64,000 bases of DNA from Verrucomicrobiota bacterium (GCA_039798785.1 JBDKFG010000004.1:48562-112561), one strand, 5' to 3'; counted from the first letter of the stretch, positions 47,996 to 59,564 are shown. A program made the numbers and translations. The notes: generated from the sequence alone by a model not told the origin.

Positions 47996-49105
47996 TCAAT
48001 GGCCGGCCCGGCCCTCTGCGGAACTTGTGGCCTCGGGCGTCTTTTTCTTCCCGGCCTCGTCGCCGATGCGGTTGCCCTGGGTGAGGACGAGGACGGCGGC
48101 GATCAGGACGCTGACGGCGACGGCGAGGCCGAGCTTGGTGCCGCGGCGGCAGCTGCTCCATTCGCGCAGGGTGAGGCCAAGGAGGCAGCTGATCAGCACC
48201 AGCATGATCATGTGGATGGCCCAGCTGCTGAAGCCGAAGTCGCCCATCCGGACGTGGCCGAGGTTGTAGAAGAAGAACTGGCCGTACCAGAGCAGGCCGG
48301 TGAGGGCGGCCATGGAGAAGTTGAGCGGCAGCGAGGCCTTTTCCTCGCCGGCGGGCAGCTCGACCAGTTCGCCGAGGCTGCGGTCCTTGTGGTGTAGGAA
48401 GAGGCAGTACAGCGCGGTGGTGAGGAAGGCGCCGGTGTTGGCGAAGATGAAGACGACGTTGCCCTGCCAGTGGCCGGCGCCGTGGGTCGCGGCGATCTCG
48501 GCGATCGGCGCGCCTGCGGCCAGGGCGAAGCCGTAGACGGCGGAAAGGACGCCGGCGAGGAGGGAGAGCAGCAGGCCCTTGGCCAGGGAGAATCCGGCGC
48601 TCTTGCCGTCTGCCCCGAGATCCTTCTCCTTGCTGTGTCCCGCGGCGCCGCAGAGGAGGATGCCGAGGGCGCCGATGAGCACTCCTGCCAGCACCCAGTC
48701 GCCGCCGGGCTTGGCGAGATTGGCGCCGAGGGTGCCGGCCACCAGCGGCGGCAGCAGGGTGCCCAGGACGCTGGAAAGACCGACCGCGATGGCGTAGGTC
48801 AGGGAGAAGCCGATGTGGCGGATGGCGATGCCGAAGGCGGTGCCGCCGATGCCGTAGGCCGCGCCCAGCGCAAAAACCTTCAGCATCACCCCGCTGTCTG
48901 CCTCGCGCAACACCGCACCGAGATGCGGAATGGTCAGCACCGCGCCGAGAATCGGCAGCAGGAGCCAGCAGAAACTGGCCTGCACCAGCCAGTAGCTCTG
49001 CCAGGACCAGCCCTGGACTTTCTTCTGCGGGGTGTAGCAAACCGCCGCCGCACAGGCGCCCAAGGCATGCAGCAAGGTGCCCATCATCGGATCAGGGGTG
49101 ATCAT
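47996..49105 (-). CDS. rhaT: L-rhamnose/proton symporter RhaT family
   Basis: About 10 TM helices; PQKKVQGWSWQSYW, WYGQFFFY and SSWAIHM motifs. Confidence 0.85.
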   Translation of the reverse strand: MITPDPMMGTLLHALGACAAAVCYTPQKKVQGWSWQSYWLVQASFCWLLLPILGAVLTIPHLGAVLREADSGVMLKVFALGAAYGIGGTAFGIAIRHIGFSLTYAIAVGLSSVLGTLLPPLVAGTLGANLAKPGGDWVLAGVLIGALGILLCGAAGHSKEKDLGADGKSAGFSLAKGLLLSLLAGVLSAVYGFALAAGAPIAEIAATHGAGHWQGNVVFIFANTGAFLTTALYCLFLHHKDRSLGELVELPAGEEKASLPLNFSMAALTGLLWYGQFFFYNLGHVRMGDFGFSSWAIHMIMLVLISCLLGLTLREWSSCRRGTKLGLAVAVSVLIAAVLVLTQGNRIGDEAGKKKTPEATSSAEGRAGH

Positions 49106-49193
49106 CGGAACTCCAGGGGTTTAAAGTTTAAAGTTTAAGTGTTAAGACTCAGGATCGGTCAGTCGCGGCTGCTTCAATTCGTAATTCGTAATT

Positions 49194-50042
49194 CTAAATG
49201 CGGTACCACTTCGGCACATTGCCTTGAGCCAGGCGCAAACGTTCGTCGGGGCTGGCGCCGGCGAAGAGTTCGGCGCTGGCGTCGAGCCAGGCGGGCAGGC
49301 CGAAGGTGAGCTCGCAGACCGGCCAGTCGCTGCCCCAGAGCAGACGATCATAACCGAAGCATTCGACTGCGTGTTCGACGAAGGGGCGGATCTGCGGCAT
49401 CAGGGGGCGGGCCGCGTCGGCGTAGCCGGTAACGCCGGAGATCTTGCAGGCGACGTTGGGGCAGGTGGCGAGGGCGCGCAATTCGGTGCGCCAAGGATCG
49501 AGTTCGCCGGTGGTGATGGAGGGCACCCCGAGGTGGTCGAGGACGAAGCGGGTTTCGGGGCAGGCGCGAGCCAGCTCGAGGGCGCGGGGGAGCTGGCGGG
49601 CGAGGACGCAGAGGTCGAAGCTGAGACCGGTGGCCTCGAGACGGCGGAGGTTGGCGCGCAGCAGCGGATCGGTCAGGAGGGCATCGGGCTGGGTGTGCAG
49701 CACTCGCCGCAGGCCGCGCACCGAAGGATCGGCGGCGAGGCGCTCGAGCTGCGCGGGAAACTCGGGACTTTCAGGACGACAGGAGGAGATGACGCCGGCG
49801 ATCTGGCCGGTGCGGGTGAGCCCGCTGAAATAGGCGGCCTCGCCCTCCTGCTCTTCCGCCGGGACGTCGACTTCCATGAAGAAGCTGGCGGCCACGTTGG
49901 CTCCTCCCTTTGCCTCGGCGACACGAGCGAGGAACTGCTCATGCGTGAAGCCACGGCCGCTAAGCGCCGGAAGCCCCGCCGTCCAAGCGTAGGTGAAACG
50001 CTCGGGGTGCAAGAGATGCAGATGGGTGTCGATCAGATTCAT
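49194..50042 (-). CDS. Amidohydrolase_2, sugar-lactonase-like
   Basis: IDTHLH, VLDHLG, CKISG and WGSDWPV motifs. Confidence 0.9.
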   Translation of the reverse strand: MNLIDTHLHLLHPERFTYAWTAGLPALSGRGFTHEQFLARVAEAKGGANVAASFFMEVDVPAEEQEGEAAYFSGLTRTGQIAGVISSCRPESPEFPAQLERLAADPSVRGLRRVLHTQPDALLTDPLLRANLRRLEATGLSFDLCVLARQLPRALELARACPETRFVLDHLGVPSITTGELDPWRTELRALATCPNVACKISGVTGYADAARPLMPQIRPFVEHAVECFGYDRLLWGSDWPVCELTFGLPAWLDASAELFAGASPDERLRLAQGNVPKWYRI

Positions 50043-50110
50043 GGTGGGGCCTCTGGGAAGTTCTAAGGTTCAAGATTTTGAGACTTGAGACGTCCCTTAA
50101 TTCGTAATTC

Positions 50111-51208
50111 TTAACTCAACCCGGTGCCGCCCGAGGCGCTGGAGCGGATGGCGGCATCGACGACGCGCATGGTGCCGATGATATCTTCGACCGAATGCGG
50201 CAGCGGCTCCTGCGGATCGTCGAGGTGGCGCATCAGGGTGCCCATGGTGCCGATGAAGGCGTGGGGGAACCAGGAGCCGCGGATCGGCAATTCGCGCCAG
50301 ACCGGAGCCTGGCCGTCCTCCCGGATGCAGATCTCGAAGCTGTCGGGAAGGCCGCGGGGATAATCCATCAGCAGACCGAGGCGGATCTTGATGGCGCCGT
50401 GCGTGCCTTCGAGCTTGAGGAAGCTTTCCTGATGGCTCGTACCGAAGCGGTGAGCGTGGTTGGTGGCGATGTTCACCCGCTGTTGCGGTCCGTAGTTGAG
50501 CGCGATCCAGGAGCGGGCCATGTCCATCCCCGGCGCCAGTTCCGAGGGCAGGCCGAAGGCATGCACCCCTTTCGGATTGCCGAGGAGGCTGCGGATTAGG
50601 TCGACGTAGTGTACCGAGTGATAGATCATCTCCGCCGCCGGCACCGACTTGAGGAAGTCCCATAGATGCCACGGAGTCTCCACCGTCAGGCGCACTTCGA
50701 AATCGCGGATGTCGCCGATCAGCCCCCGCGCCAAGGCGTCGCGAACCATCAGGACGAATGGGGCGAAACGCAGCTGCAAGTTGACTGCCGCGACCAGCTT
50801 CTTGCGGTGGCAGATGGCGAGGATCTCCCGGGCTTCGCCGAGGGTCTCTCCCATCGGTTTTTGCATCAGGACCGCGGTGCCTTCAGGCAACTGCTCGAGG
50901 ACAGTGGGGAAGAATTTCGCCGGCACGGCCAGATCATAAACGCAGCCGTCCGGCGCAGCCGCGATCATCGCAGCCAGATCGGGGAAAGCGCGGGCGCCGC
51001 AAAGCTTCGCCAGCGCCGCCGCACGGTCCGGCTGTTGATCGGTGATGCCGAAAACCGGAAACGCCGCCAAATTGTAAGCCGGCAAATGCGCGTCCTTGAC
51101 AATGCCTCCAGCTCCGATGATGCAGATCGGCCGGGGCTGCCGAGGCAAGTGAGGTTGATCGTTAAGCTTCATGCTCGGGCTCCTCAGAGGTCTGATGTGG
51201 TTCGTCAT
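50111..51208 (-). CDS. Gfo/Idh/MocA oxidoreductase
   Basis: IIGAGGIV, QKPMG and HSVHYVD motifs. Start may be 51172. Confidence 0.9.
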   Translation of the reverse strand: MTNHIRPLRSPSMKLNDQPHLPRQPRPICIIGAGGIVKDAHLPAYNLAAFPVFGITDQQPDRAAALAKLCGARAFPDLAAMIAAAPDGCVYDLAVPAKFFPTVLEQLPEGTAVLMQKPMGETLGEAREILAICHRKKLVAAVNLQLRFAPFVLMVRDALARGLIGDIRDFEVRLTVETPWHLWDFLKSVPAAEMIYHSVHYVDLIRSLLGNPKGVHAFGLPSELAPGMDMARSWIALNYGPQQRVNIATNHAHRFGTSHQESFLKLEGTHGAIKIRLGLLMDYPRGLPDSFEICIREDGQAPVWRELPIRGSWFPHAFIGTMGTLMRHLDDPQEPLPHSVEDIIGTMRVVDAAIRSSASGGTGLS

Positions 51209-51421
51209 TACTTAATATCCGAAGAACAGCTTTTCAAGTTAATAAACTGGAGAATCCTGAGGAATCATTCTGACTCCTTCGGCTTGAATGCAGATCGAAC
51301 GGGATGATCGATCCATTTTGATTTTTTTCCGTAATTCTGTAGCTGAAACCCTTGTCTTATTTAAAATACTAAGTTGATTGTAGCCAGTAAAGCAATCAAT
51401 ACCAAATGAGGAGAGAATGAG

Positions 51422-52573
51422 ATGAGCGACGTGAAGCAACTGCGCGGAATCACCTGGAACCACAGCCGCGGCCTCTGCTCCGTGCAGGCGACGGCCCAGC
51501 GTTTCCACGAAATGAACCCTGGAGTCGAGATTTTGTGGGAGAAGCGGTCCCTGCAGGCCTTTGCAGATGAGAGCATCGCCTCTCTGTCGGCGCGTTTCGA
51601 CCTCTTGGTGGTGGATCATCCTTCGTCGGGCGAGGCGGCGGCGCACGGCCTCTTCCTGCCTTTGGACGAGCATCTGCCGGCGGCTTTTCTGGTGGACCAG
51701 GCGGCGAATTCGGTGGGTGGCTCGCACGAGTCCTATCAGTTCGGTGGCCATCAGTGGGCCTTGGCGATCGACGCGGCGACGCCGGTGGCGGGCTGGCGCG
51801 AGGATCTGCTAGCCAAGCACAAGGTGCAGGTACCGCAGACCTGGGAGCAGCTGCTTGATCTGGCGCGCGGCGGCCTGGTGGAATTCTGCGGTTGGCCGAT
51901 CGACTGCCTGATGTATTTCTACGCTTTCTGTGTCAACGAAGGCGAGGATCCCTTCCAGAGCCGCGAGCGAGTGGTGTCCGACGACGTCGGCCGCCGCGCC
52001 CTCGAGGCGATTAAGGGCTTAGCCGATCTCTGTGATCCCGCTGGTTTCAGTCGCAATCCGATCCGCTCTTGGGAGCTGCTGTCGCGGGCCGATTCCCGTG
52101 CTGCCTACTGCCCTTTCGCCTACGGATATTCCAATTATGCACGCGCCGGCTACGGCGAGCGCCGCCTGCGCTTCGGAGGTCTGGTTTCACGCAAGGGCCA
52201 CCGCCTCACTTCCACCCTTGGCGGCACCGGCCTGGCGATCAGCGCCAAGACCCGCCATCCCGAAGTCGCGGCCGCCTACGCCCAGTTCAGCGCTTCGGCC
52301 GCGGTCCAGACCGGTCTCTTCACCGCAGCCGGAGGCCAGCCCGGCCACCGCGCCGCCTGGCTCGACGCCGAGAATAACCGCGTCACCAGCCATTATTTCA
52401 CCGACACCCTGCCCACCCTCGACGCAGCCTATCACCGTCCCCGCTTCGACGGCTACATCGATTTCCAGATCCAGGCACCGGTGCCGGTGCTCGCCTTCCT
52501 CCAGGGCCGCAGCAGCGCGGCGGAAGCCCTTGCCGAACTCAATCGCATCTACCAGCAATTCCCGGGACGCTGA
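51422..52573 (+). CDS. Sugar ABC-type solute-binding-fold protein with no signal peptide
   Basis: [24 protein letters not shown] and LGGTGLAIS motifs. Confidence 0.8.
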   Translation: MSDVKQLRGITWNHSRGLCSVQATAQRFHEMNPGVEILWEKRSLQAFADESIASLSARFDLLVVDHPSSGEAAAHGLFLPLDEHLPAAFLVDQAANSVGGSHESYQFGGHQWALAIDAATPVAGWREDLLAKHKVQVPQTWEQLLDLARGGLVEFCGWPIDCLMYFYAFCVNEGEDPFQSRERVVSDDVGRRALEAIKGLADLCDPAGFSRNPIRSWELLSRADSRAAYCPFAYGYSNYARAGYGERRLRFGGLVSRKGHRLTSTLGGTGLAISAKTRHPEVAAAYAQFSASAAVQTGLFTAAGGQPGHRAAWLDAENNRVTSHYFTDTLPTLDAAYHRPRFDGYIDFQIQAPVPVLAFLQGRSSAAEALAELNRIYQQFPGR

Positions 52574-52577
52574 CACC

Positions 52578-53738
52578 ATGGACAAGGAAAACCTCCCCCT
52601 CGACGGCCTGCTGGTCCTCGACTTCTCGCAGTTCCTCTCCGGCCCTTCGGCCTGTCTCCGCCTCGCCGATCTCGGCGCCCGGGTGATCAAGATCGAGCGT
52701 CCCGGCGCCGGCGACCTCTGCCGCCAGCTCTACATCTCCAACCTCGAGCTCGACGGCGACTCCACCCTCTTCCACTCGATCAACCGCAACAAGGTGTCGA
52801 TTGCCCTCGACCTGAAGAAGCCCGAAGATCTCGCGGCGGCGAAGAAGCTGATCGCCAGGGCCGACGTGATGGTGCAGAATTTCCGTCCCGGCGTGATGAC
52901 CAAGATCGGTCTCGACTACGCCCGGGTGAAGGAGATCAATCCCCGCATCGTCTATGGCGAAGTCACCGGCTACGGCCAGAGCGGTCCCTGGGTCGACAAG
53001 CCCGGCCAGGATCTGCTCGCCCAGTCGCTCTCCGGCGCGGTCTGGCTCAACGGCGAAGAGGGCACGCCGCCCCGTCCCTTCGGCCTTGCCGCCGCCGACC
53101 TGCTCGCGAGCCATCAGCTGGTGCAGGGCATCCTCGCCTGCCTGGTCCGGCGCGGCATCAAGGGCACGGGCGGCTTCATCGAAGTCAGTCTCCTCGAATC
53201 CATCCTCGACTACCAGTTCGAAGTGCTCAGCACCCACCTCAACGACGGCGGCCTCCAGCCTCGGCGCAGCGGAGTCCTCAACGCCCACGCCTACCTCGGC
53301 GCCCCATATGGCATCTACAAGACCGCCGACGGCGAATACCTCGCCCTGGCGATGGGATCGGTCATTCGCCTCGGCGAAATCCTCGGCTGCGAGGCCCTCG
53401 CCGCCTACGGCGACCCCAAGACCTGGTTCAGTCGGCGCGACGAGATCAAGCAGCACCTGGTCGAGCATCTCCTGACGCAACCTGTCCAACACTGGCTCGA
53501 TCGCCTCGAACCCGCCGACTACTGGTGCGCCAAGGTGCTCAAATGGGAGGAGCTGCGACAGCACGAAGGATTCCAAGTGCTTGACATGGTTCAGACCGTC
53601 ACCCGTGACAGCTCTGGCGCCTCGCTCCAGACACTGCGCTGCCCGATCCGCGTCGATGGCCAAGTGCTGAAGAACGGCCGCGGCGCCCCCAAGGTTGGCG
53701 AGCATTCTGCCGCCATCCGCGCCGAATTCAAACTCTGA
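52578..53738 (+). CDS. CaiB/BaiF family III CoA-transferase
   Basis: [31 protein letters not shown] and PGQD motifs. True start ATG 52578. Confidence 0.92.
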   Translation: MDKENLPLDGLLVLDFSQFLSGPSACLRLADLGARVIKIERPGAGDLCRQLYISNLELDGDSTLFHSINRNKVSIALDLKKPEDLAAAKKLIARADVMVQNFRPGVMTKIGLDYARVKEINPRIVYGEVTGYGQSGPWVDKPGQDLLAQSLSGAVWLNGEEGTPPRPFGLAAADLLASHQLVQGILACLVRRGIKGTGGFIEVSLLESILDYQFEVLSTHLNDGGLQPRRSGVLNAHAYLGAPYGIYKTADGEYLALAMGSVIRLGEILGCEALAAYGDPKTWFSRRDEIKQHLVEHLLTQPVQHWLDRLEPADYWCAKVLKWEELRQHEGFQVLDMVQTVTRDSSGASLQTLRCPIRVDGQVLKNGRGAPKVGEHSAAIRAEFKL

Positions 53739-53942
53739 ACCGAAACAGGGTTGATAGAAAGGTTCAGGAACCTCATGAGCTCAGAAACATGAAAAGCTCG
53801 AGGCCAGTGCATCGCTCCTCACATAAAACCTTCGCAACTCATTCTGAGTCAAGATTGAATAGGTGGGTCTCAAGGAGCGGAGAACTAGGCAATACCTGCC
53901 ACTGATCTTAAACGCCCCCCCCCCCTATCTAAGGAGAAAGTC

Positions 53943-54461
53943 ATGGCTGCCAAACCTGAAAACACCCCGCTCGCCCAACATGGAGCGATCCCGATCTGGA
54001 ACGCCGAAAACTGGTTCTGGGAAGACATTGTCGTCGGCCATAAGATCCGCTCGATGCGCCGCACCCTCTCCGAAGGCGAAAGCATGCAGTTCAACGCCCT
54101 GGTGCTGGACATGCATCCTTATGTCGCCGACGACATCTTCGCACGGGAGCAAGGAGTCTTCGGCCGCCGCCTGGTCGCCGGCGCCTTCGTCTTTTCCGCC
54201 GGACTCGGTCTCGTCGCCACTAACTGCGTCAATGCCTTTTCCTACGGCTACGACCGCTTGCGCTTTATCCGCCCGGTCTTTATCGGCGACACAATCTACA
54301 CCATCAAGACCGACCTCGACAAAGGCCCGAAGGGCGCAGACATGGGCCTCTACCGCGCCTCATACGAAGTCTACAAGAACGAGGGCGAGCTTGTCCTCTA
54401 CTGCGAGCACATCCAAACGGTGAAGTACCGCAATCCAGCCAAGGCCGTCTTGCCCAGCTGA
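53943..54461 (+). CDS. MaoC-like dehydratase
   Basis: [21 protein letters not shown] and YGYDRLRF motifs. Confidence 0.9.
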   Translation: MAAKPENTPLAQHGAIPIWNAENWFWEDIVVGHKIRSMRRTLSEGESMQFNALVLDMHPYVADDIFAREQGVFGRRLVAGAFVFSAGLGLVATNCVNAFSYGYDRLRFIRPVFIGDTIYTIKTDLDKGPKGADMGLYRASYEVYKNEGELVLYCEHIQTVKYRNPAKAVLPS

Positions 54462-54580
54462 ACTCTGAACAAGTCGAAACCCAATCAGGTAGAGTCAGTT
54501 GGAGTGATCAATCAAGGGATCTCCTGCCCCCCTGCGACGAAGCTGTCGCAAAGGTGATCAATCGAATGTCACTCTTCCAG

Positions 54581-56701
54581 TCATCGCCGGATTGGTGCTT
54601 GGGGAGCTTCATTGACTCCCTTAATAGACGGCGACGGATTCAAGGAATTCAGTCCGCCCGTGCTTCCTTGAAGTTTGCGGAGGCCGCCGCCCGCCGCTGC
54701 CTTGAAGACTTCCACTTCGCGGACATGGACGGCTTGGTTGACGTTGTTGGACAGCATTGCGACATGGATGTAACGGGCATTCACAGGCGGAAACTCGTGG
54801 TGGAAGGGCTGATGCTGGCTCGGTCGGGGAGCGCTTTCGGCAAGGACGAGACGTGGTCCCCAGGGTGTATCGGAGACACTGAGCCGGTAGGCGTAGCGGC
54901 GAGCTCCTGGCTTGTCGCAGTAGAGACTCAGATCGATGCTGCGAAACTCAAGCTTGTCACCGAGATCAATGCTCAGGGTGCATGGGAAGCCAGAAGCTGC
55001 CCAGTAGTTGTCGCGATCCAGGTTGCCGTCAACGGCAAGGGAAGGTTGGCGTTCGTCGGCCCCGTCAGACCAGGCGTGGCAACCGAGAGCGAGATTGGCG
55101 GGGACGAGAGATTCAAAGAGCTCCGCCATGTCACGCCGTCCCAGGTTCTGAGCGATGGCGATGGCGAGATGGCAGTCTAATCGTCTTCCGGCCTCAATCG
55201 GTAGCCGGGCGGCTGCCTCAGCCTGGCGCCATAATTGGTGGCTGACTGAGTCCGATGGCGACGAGTCCCGCAAAAACAGCAGGCGTTCGCGCAGATGCCC
55301 CGGGAAGAGTTTCTCAAGCAGATGGAGCGCGTCGGCTTGGCCTGCGGCGTCACTGCTGGCGAGAATGCTCAGTAGACACTGGAGCCCCCAGCGGTCCGGG
55401 AGCTCTTTCAGCTCTCCCTCCAGGCGTGCCCGCCAAATGGGCTCAGAGCGTCGTTCGGCATAGGCAGCCATCAAGCGGTCTTTGGCGTTGCCGCTCTTGA
55501 GGAGCAGACGCTTGCCTTCGATGCTTCCGACGCCGCGACGCAGTTGCAGCCGCGCCGACCAGAGAGGCCAAGCATCAATCGTATTGGAAAGCGGATGCAA
55601 CAGCTTAAGATGCTGCTCGGCTGCGGGGATGTCACCTTTAAGGTAAAGACGTTCGAGTTCGTTGATCAGCACCGGATGGACATCTTGCAGCAGGGCCAGT
55701 CGTCGCCGCTGCTCATTCTTTTCGCCGTCCAGAGCCTTCTCCAAACGCTTGCCGTGGCGATGCTCCGCTTGAATCCAAGTAAAGCCTAGGGCGAGTCCCA
55801 GGGCGAGCAGCACGGCCAGACGCAGGGCGAGACCGCGATGACGACGCGCTAGCAATCGCAACTGCCGCCAGAACCCGGCGCGCTCGACCAGCGGAGCCTG
55901 GCCGTTCATCCAAGCTTGCCAGTCGTGGCGGAGGCCGGCCGCATCCGCATAGCCAGCCTTTAAACAGGAGGTCAGGATTGCACGCAGGCCAGGATCAAGC
56001 CGACGGACCGCGTCCTCGCCTGCAGCGCCAAGTACCTCGAAGATGATCCGGCCGATCGCATGCAGATCCGCCTGTTGCGGTGTGCATCCTCCCTCCCGCT
56101 GAACTTTGACGGAGGGGCAGTAGCCTGGAGTCCCCCGGACCAGGCCGGCCAAAGGGATGCTGTCAGGCTCCTCAGCCATTTCCCAGTCCGTGACTTTCAG
56201 CCCGCCGAATTCATCGATGCGCACATGCTCAGGCTTCAGGTCGAGGTGGCAAATGCCGGCACGGTGGCTCTGCGCCATCAAGTCGATCAGCCTCGTCGCC
56301 AGGGTCAGCGCTTCACTCGTCGTCAGCGGCCGGTGCAAACGTTCCCGCAGCGATTCTCCTTCCAGCAGCTGGGAGACGAAAAACAACCTCCCCTGCTCGT
56401 CGCGGCCGGCATCCAGCAGGGTGGCGATGCTCTCTTGGGGCATCCTAGCATAAAGCCGCATCTCCTCGAGAAAGCGGGTCTCCGAGGCCTTGTCCTGATG
56501 CCGGCAGACGAGAAGGGCGACGCGTCTGCGGCACATGAGATCGTCGGCCTCCCAGCAGCTTTTCGTCACCCCCTCGCCGATCAAGCGCAATGGTTTATAG
56601 CGAGTCCCTGACCGGGCTTCCACGGATTCGTCGAGGTATCCCCCGTCCCCCAAAAAACCTTGGAGACGGCGAAGAAAATCGGGATCAAGAGGATCAGACA
56701 T
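54581..56701 (-). CDS. Membrane Ser/Thr kinase-like protein with C-terminal discoidin (F5/8C)-like domain
   Basis: IGEG, HLDLKPEHV, GTPGY, a TM helix, then LAVDGN...W...ARYIHV. Confidence 0.75.
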   Translation of the reverse strand: MSDPLDPDFLRRLQGFLGDGGYLDESVEARSGTRYKPLRLIGEGVTKSCWEADDLMCRRRVALLVCRHQDKASETRFLEEMRLYARMPQESIATLLDAGRDEQGRLFFVSQLLEGESLRERLHRPLTTSEALTLATRLIDLMAQSHRAGICHLDLKPEHVRIDEFGGLKVTDWEMAEEPDSIPLAGLVRGTPGYCPSVKVQREGGCTPQQADLHAIGRIIFEVLGAAGEDAVRRLDPGLRAILTSCLKAGYADAAGLRHDWQAWMNGQAPLVERAGFWRQLRLLARRHRGLALRLAVLLALGLALGFTWIQAEHRHGKRLEKALDGEKNEQRRRLALLQDVHPVLINELERLYLKGDIPAAEQHLKLLHPLSNTIDAWPLWSARLQLRRGVGSIEGKRLLLKSGNAKDRLMAAYAERRSEPIWRARLEGELKELPDRWGLQCLLSILASSDAAGQADALHLLEKLFPGHLRERLLFLRDSSPSDSVSHQLWRQAEAAARLPIEAGRRLDCHLAIAIAQNLGRRDMAELFESLVPANLALGCHAWSDGADERQPSLAVDGNLDRDNYWAASGFPCTLSIDLGDKLEFRSIDLSLYCDKPGARRYAYRLSVSDTPWGPRLVLAESAPRPSQHQPFHHEFPPVNARYIHVAMLSNNVNQAVHVREVEVFKAAAGGGLRKLQGSTGGLNSLNPSPSIKGVNEAPQAPIRR

Positions 56702-57234
56702 CCTTTAGGCACTCCCTGTAGTGTCATGTAGGAAAATATCTCGAGAGAGTCATGACTCAAGCTCCCTAATCCCCCTCGATTAGAACCTTGCTCCTTATCA
56801 CTCCTCAACATCAAGGATAGTCACTGCATCGACAATCTCCAGCGGAGCTTATGGTTTTTTCCGAGCCTTTCCGAAGCCCATCGCTCATTGTCTGATTTCC
56901 GACCTGACCCACGGATCGAGTTATCTAAAGTTCCGGCTGCCGTGGATTCATCAAAGAGTGCTTATTCAAGGGCCGCAAAGCCAGCCTTCGGACAACGTTT
57001 TCCAAGCACAGAGGAGAGGTCGATTCTTCAAGATCCACGCACTCCTGCCGTTGACGCCGCCCGCCTTCGCCAGTGACATAGCACAAATCACAGATAAGAC
57101 AGGATTTTCACAAGTGATCGCACTGTCTACTTAATAATTTTATAGTTCGCGAACGCAGTATAAACCCCAGTTTCTTGGAACAAGGTGGGTAATATGGCAG
57201 TCTAGGGCAAATCGCCACAGCAGGAGATGTAGAC

Positions 57235-59547
57235 ATGAATGAGCAGCAGATCAAAAAACTCAGTCTAGGTGTTTCATTTTTAGGTCTTGCGGCTTTAGGC
57301 GCCGCCGAGCTCTTCATCCCCACTGAGAAGTCGCCGGTCGCGCCGGTCGCAAAATCCTCTGCCGCCGCCAAGCCGGGAGCCGCCCCCGTCGCCAAGCTTT
57401 CCTTCTCGCGCCAGATCCTGCCTATCCTGTCCGACAAGTGCTTCGAATGCCACGGTCCCGACGAGGAGGCGGTGGCCAAGTCGGGTCACCTGCGCCTCGA
57501 CGTCCGCGACGCCGCGATCAAGAAGAAGGCGATCGTCCCCGGCGATCCCGACGCTTCCGAGATGATCAAGCGCATCCACAGCAGCAATCCCAAGCAGGTG
57601 ATGCCCACTCCGGCGAGCCACAAGGTGCTCACCGATGAACAGAAGCGCCTCCTGACGCAGTGGATCGCCGAAGGGGCGGAATACTCCGGCCACTGGGCCT
57701 TCACCGCCCCGGTCAAACACGCCCTCCCCGAAGCCGGCCAGGAGTGGAGCGCCCATCCGGTTGACCGCTTCGTCGCCCAGGCCCAGGCGCAGCAAGGCCT
57801 CAAGCACGCGCCGGAGGCCAGGCCGCACGAGCTGATCCGCCGGGCCAGCCTCGATCTCATCGGCCTCAACCCGACGCCGGAGGAGACCGCGGCCTTCGCC
57901 AAGGCCCATGCCGCCGATGCCGACAGGGCCTGGGAGCAGCTGCTCGACCGCCTCCTCGCCGATCCCCGCTTTGGCGAACGCTGGGCCTCCTGGTGGCTCG
58001 ACATGGCCCGTTACGCCGACACCCAGGGCTTCGAGAAGGACCCCTATCGGGAAGCCTGGGCCTACCGCGACTGGGTCATCGCCGCCCTCAACCGCGACCT
58101 GCCCTTCGACCAGTTCTCCACCTGGCAGCTTGCCGGCGACCTTCTGCCCGGGGCCACCGAGGAGCAGAAGCTCGCCACCTGCTTCCATCGCAACACCAAG
58201 ACCAACGACGAGGGCGGCACCGACAACGAGGAATACCGAGTCCAGGCGGTGATCGACCGCACCAACGCCACCATGCAGGTGTGGAACGGCCTGACCTGGG
58301 GCTGCGCCCAGTGCCACACCCATAAATACGACCCGATCAAGCATGAGGAATACTATCGCCTTCTCGCCTTCTTCAACCAGACCGCCGACAACGATCTGCC
58401 GGACGACTCGCCGCGGATGAAGCTCAAGGCAGCCGGCCTCGACACCTCGGTGCCGGTGATGCAGGAGCTGACGCCCGAGAAGATGCGCCCCACCTACCTC
58501 TTCCTCGGCGGCTCCTTCTTGAGCCCCGACAAGAAACGCGGCGTCCTCGCCCCCGGCACTCCCGAGTTCCTCCCCGCCTTCCCCCAGGATCTGCCCGCCA
58601 ACCGCCTCGGCCTGGCGAAATGGCTTTTCCTGCCTGATCACCCGCTCACCGCCCGCGTCACCGTCAACCGCGTCTGGGCCCGGCTCTTCGGGCGCGGCAT
58701 CGTCACCTCCCTCGAAGACATGGGCTTGCAGTCGCCGCCGCCGTCGCACCCGGAACTGCTAGACACCCTCGCCGTCACCTGGCGCGACGAGCAGAAGTGG
58801 TCGCTCAAGGCCCTCGTCAAGTCAATGATGATGAGCCGCAGCTACCGCCAGGACGCTCGCGCCTCGAAGGAGGCGATTGAGAAAGATTTGTACAACACCT
58901 GGCTGGCCCGCGGCCCGCGCGGCCGCCTCGATGCCGAAGCGGTGCGCGACGCCTCGCTCGCCGCCGCCGGCCTGCTCAACGCCAAAATGAACGGCCAGCC
59001 GGTCCTGCCTCCCCAGCCTGGCGGCGTCGATTCCTCCGCCTTCGGTGGCGATGCCGCCGGCCGCTTCCGCAAGACCGGTGAAGAAGCCCGCCGCCGCACC
59101 GTCTACACCTTCATCCACCGCACCAACTTCGCCGCCGCCCTGTCGATCTTCGATGCCCCCAACCGCGAAGTCTGCACCATCAGCCGCTCGCCCACCAACA
59201 CCCCGCTCCAGGCGCTCGTCACTCTCAACGACCCGAACTACCATGAGATTGCCCAGGGCCTCGCTCGCCGCATCTTGACTGAAGTTCCCGGCGGTGACGT
59301 CCCTTCGCTGCTCAAACGCGGCGCGCAGCTCACCCTTTGCCGTGAGCCCAGCGAGGCCGAACTCAAGACGCTGAGCGATTACGTCGCGGCCGAAACCGCC
59401 CGCTTCGCCGCCAGCTCCGCCGAGGCGCAGGCTTTCAACAAGGCCGAATTCCTGCCGTCGCCGCCGGCCGTCGCCGCCGAGCACCTCGCCGCACTCACCG
59501 CCGCCTGCTCGCTTCTCCTCAATTCCGACGCCTTCTTGAACAAGTGA
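57235..59547 (+). CDS. Planctomycete cytochrome c + DUF1549/DUF1553 (PSD1) protein
   Basis: CFECHG, HWAF, WLDMARYADT, CAQCHTHKYDP, HPLTARV and TNTPLQAL motifs. Confidence 0.95.
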   Translation: MNEQQIKKLSLGVSFLGLAALGAAELFIPTEKSPVAPVAKSSAAAKPGAAPVAKLSFSRQILPILSDKCFECHGPDEEAVAKSGHLRLDVRDAAIKKKAIVPGDPDASEMIKRIHSSNPKQVMPTPASHKVLTDEQKRLLTQWIAEGAEYSGHWAFTAPVKHALPEAGQEWSAHPVDRFVAQAQAQQGLKHAPEARPHELIRRASLDLIGLNPTPEETAAFAKAHAADADRAWEQLLDRLLADPRFGERWASWWLDMARYADTQGFEKDPYREAWAYRDWVIAALNRDLPFDQFSTWQLAGDLLPGATEEQKLATCFHRNTKTNDEGGTDNEEYRVQAVIDRTNATMQVWNGLTWGCAQCHTHKYDPIKHEEYYRLLAFFNQTADNDLPDDSPRMKLKAAGLDTSVPVMQELTPEKMRPTYLFLGGSFLSPDKKRGVLAPGTPEFLPAFPQDLPANRLGLAKWLFLPDHPLTARVTVNRVWARLFGRGIVTSLEDMGLQSPPPSHPELLDTLAVTWRDEQKWSLKALVKSMMMSRSYRQDARASKEAIEKDLYNTWLARGPRGRLDAEAVRDASLAAAGLLNAKMNGQPVLPPQPGGVDSSAFGGDAAGRFRKTGEEARRRTVYTFIHRTNFAAALSIFDAPNREVCTISRSPTNTPLQALVTLNDPNYHEIAQGLARRILTEVPGGDVPSLLKRGAQLTLCREPSEAELKTLSDYVAAETARFAASSAEAQAFNKAEFLPSPPAVAAEHLAALTAACSLLLNSDAFLNK

Positions 59548-59564
59548 GGTCCAGGATGAAAGAC

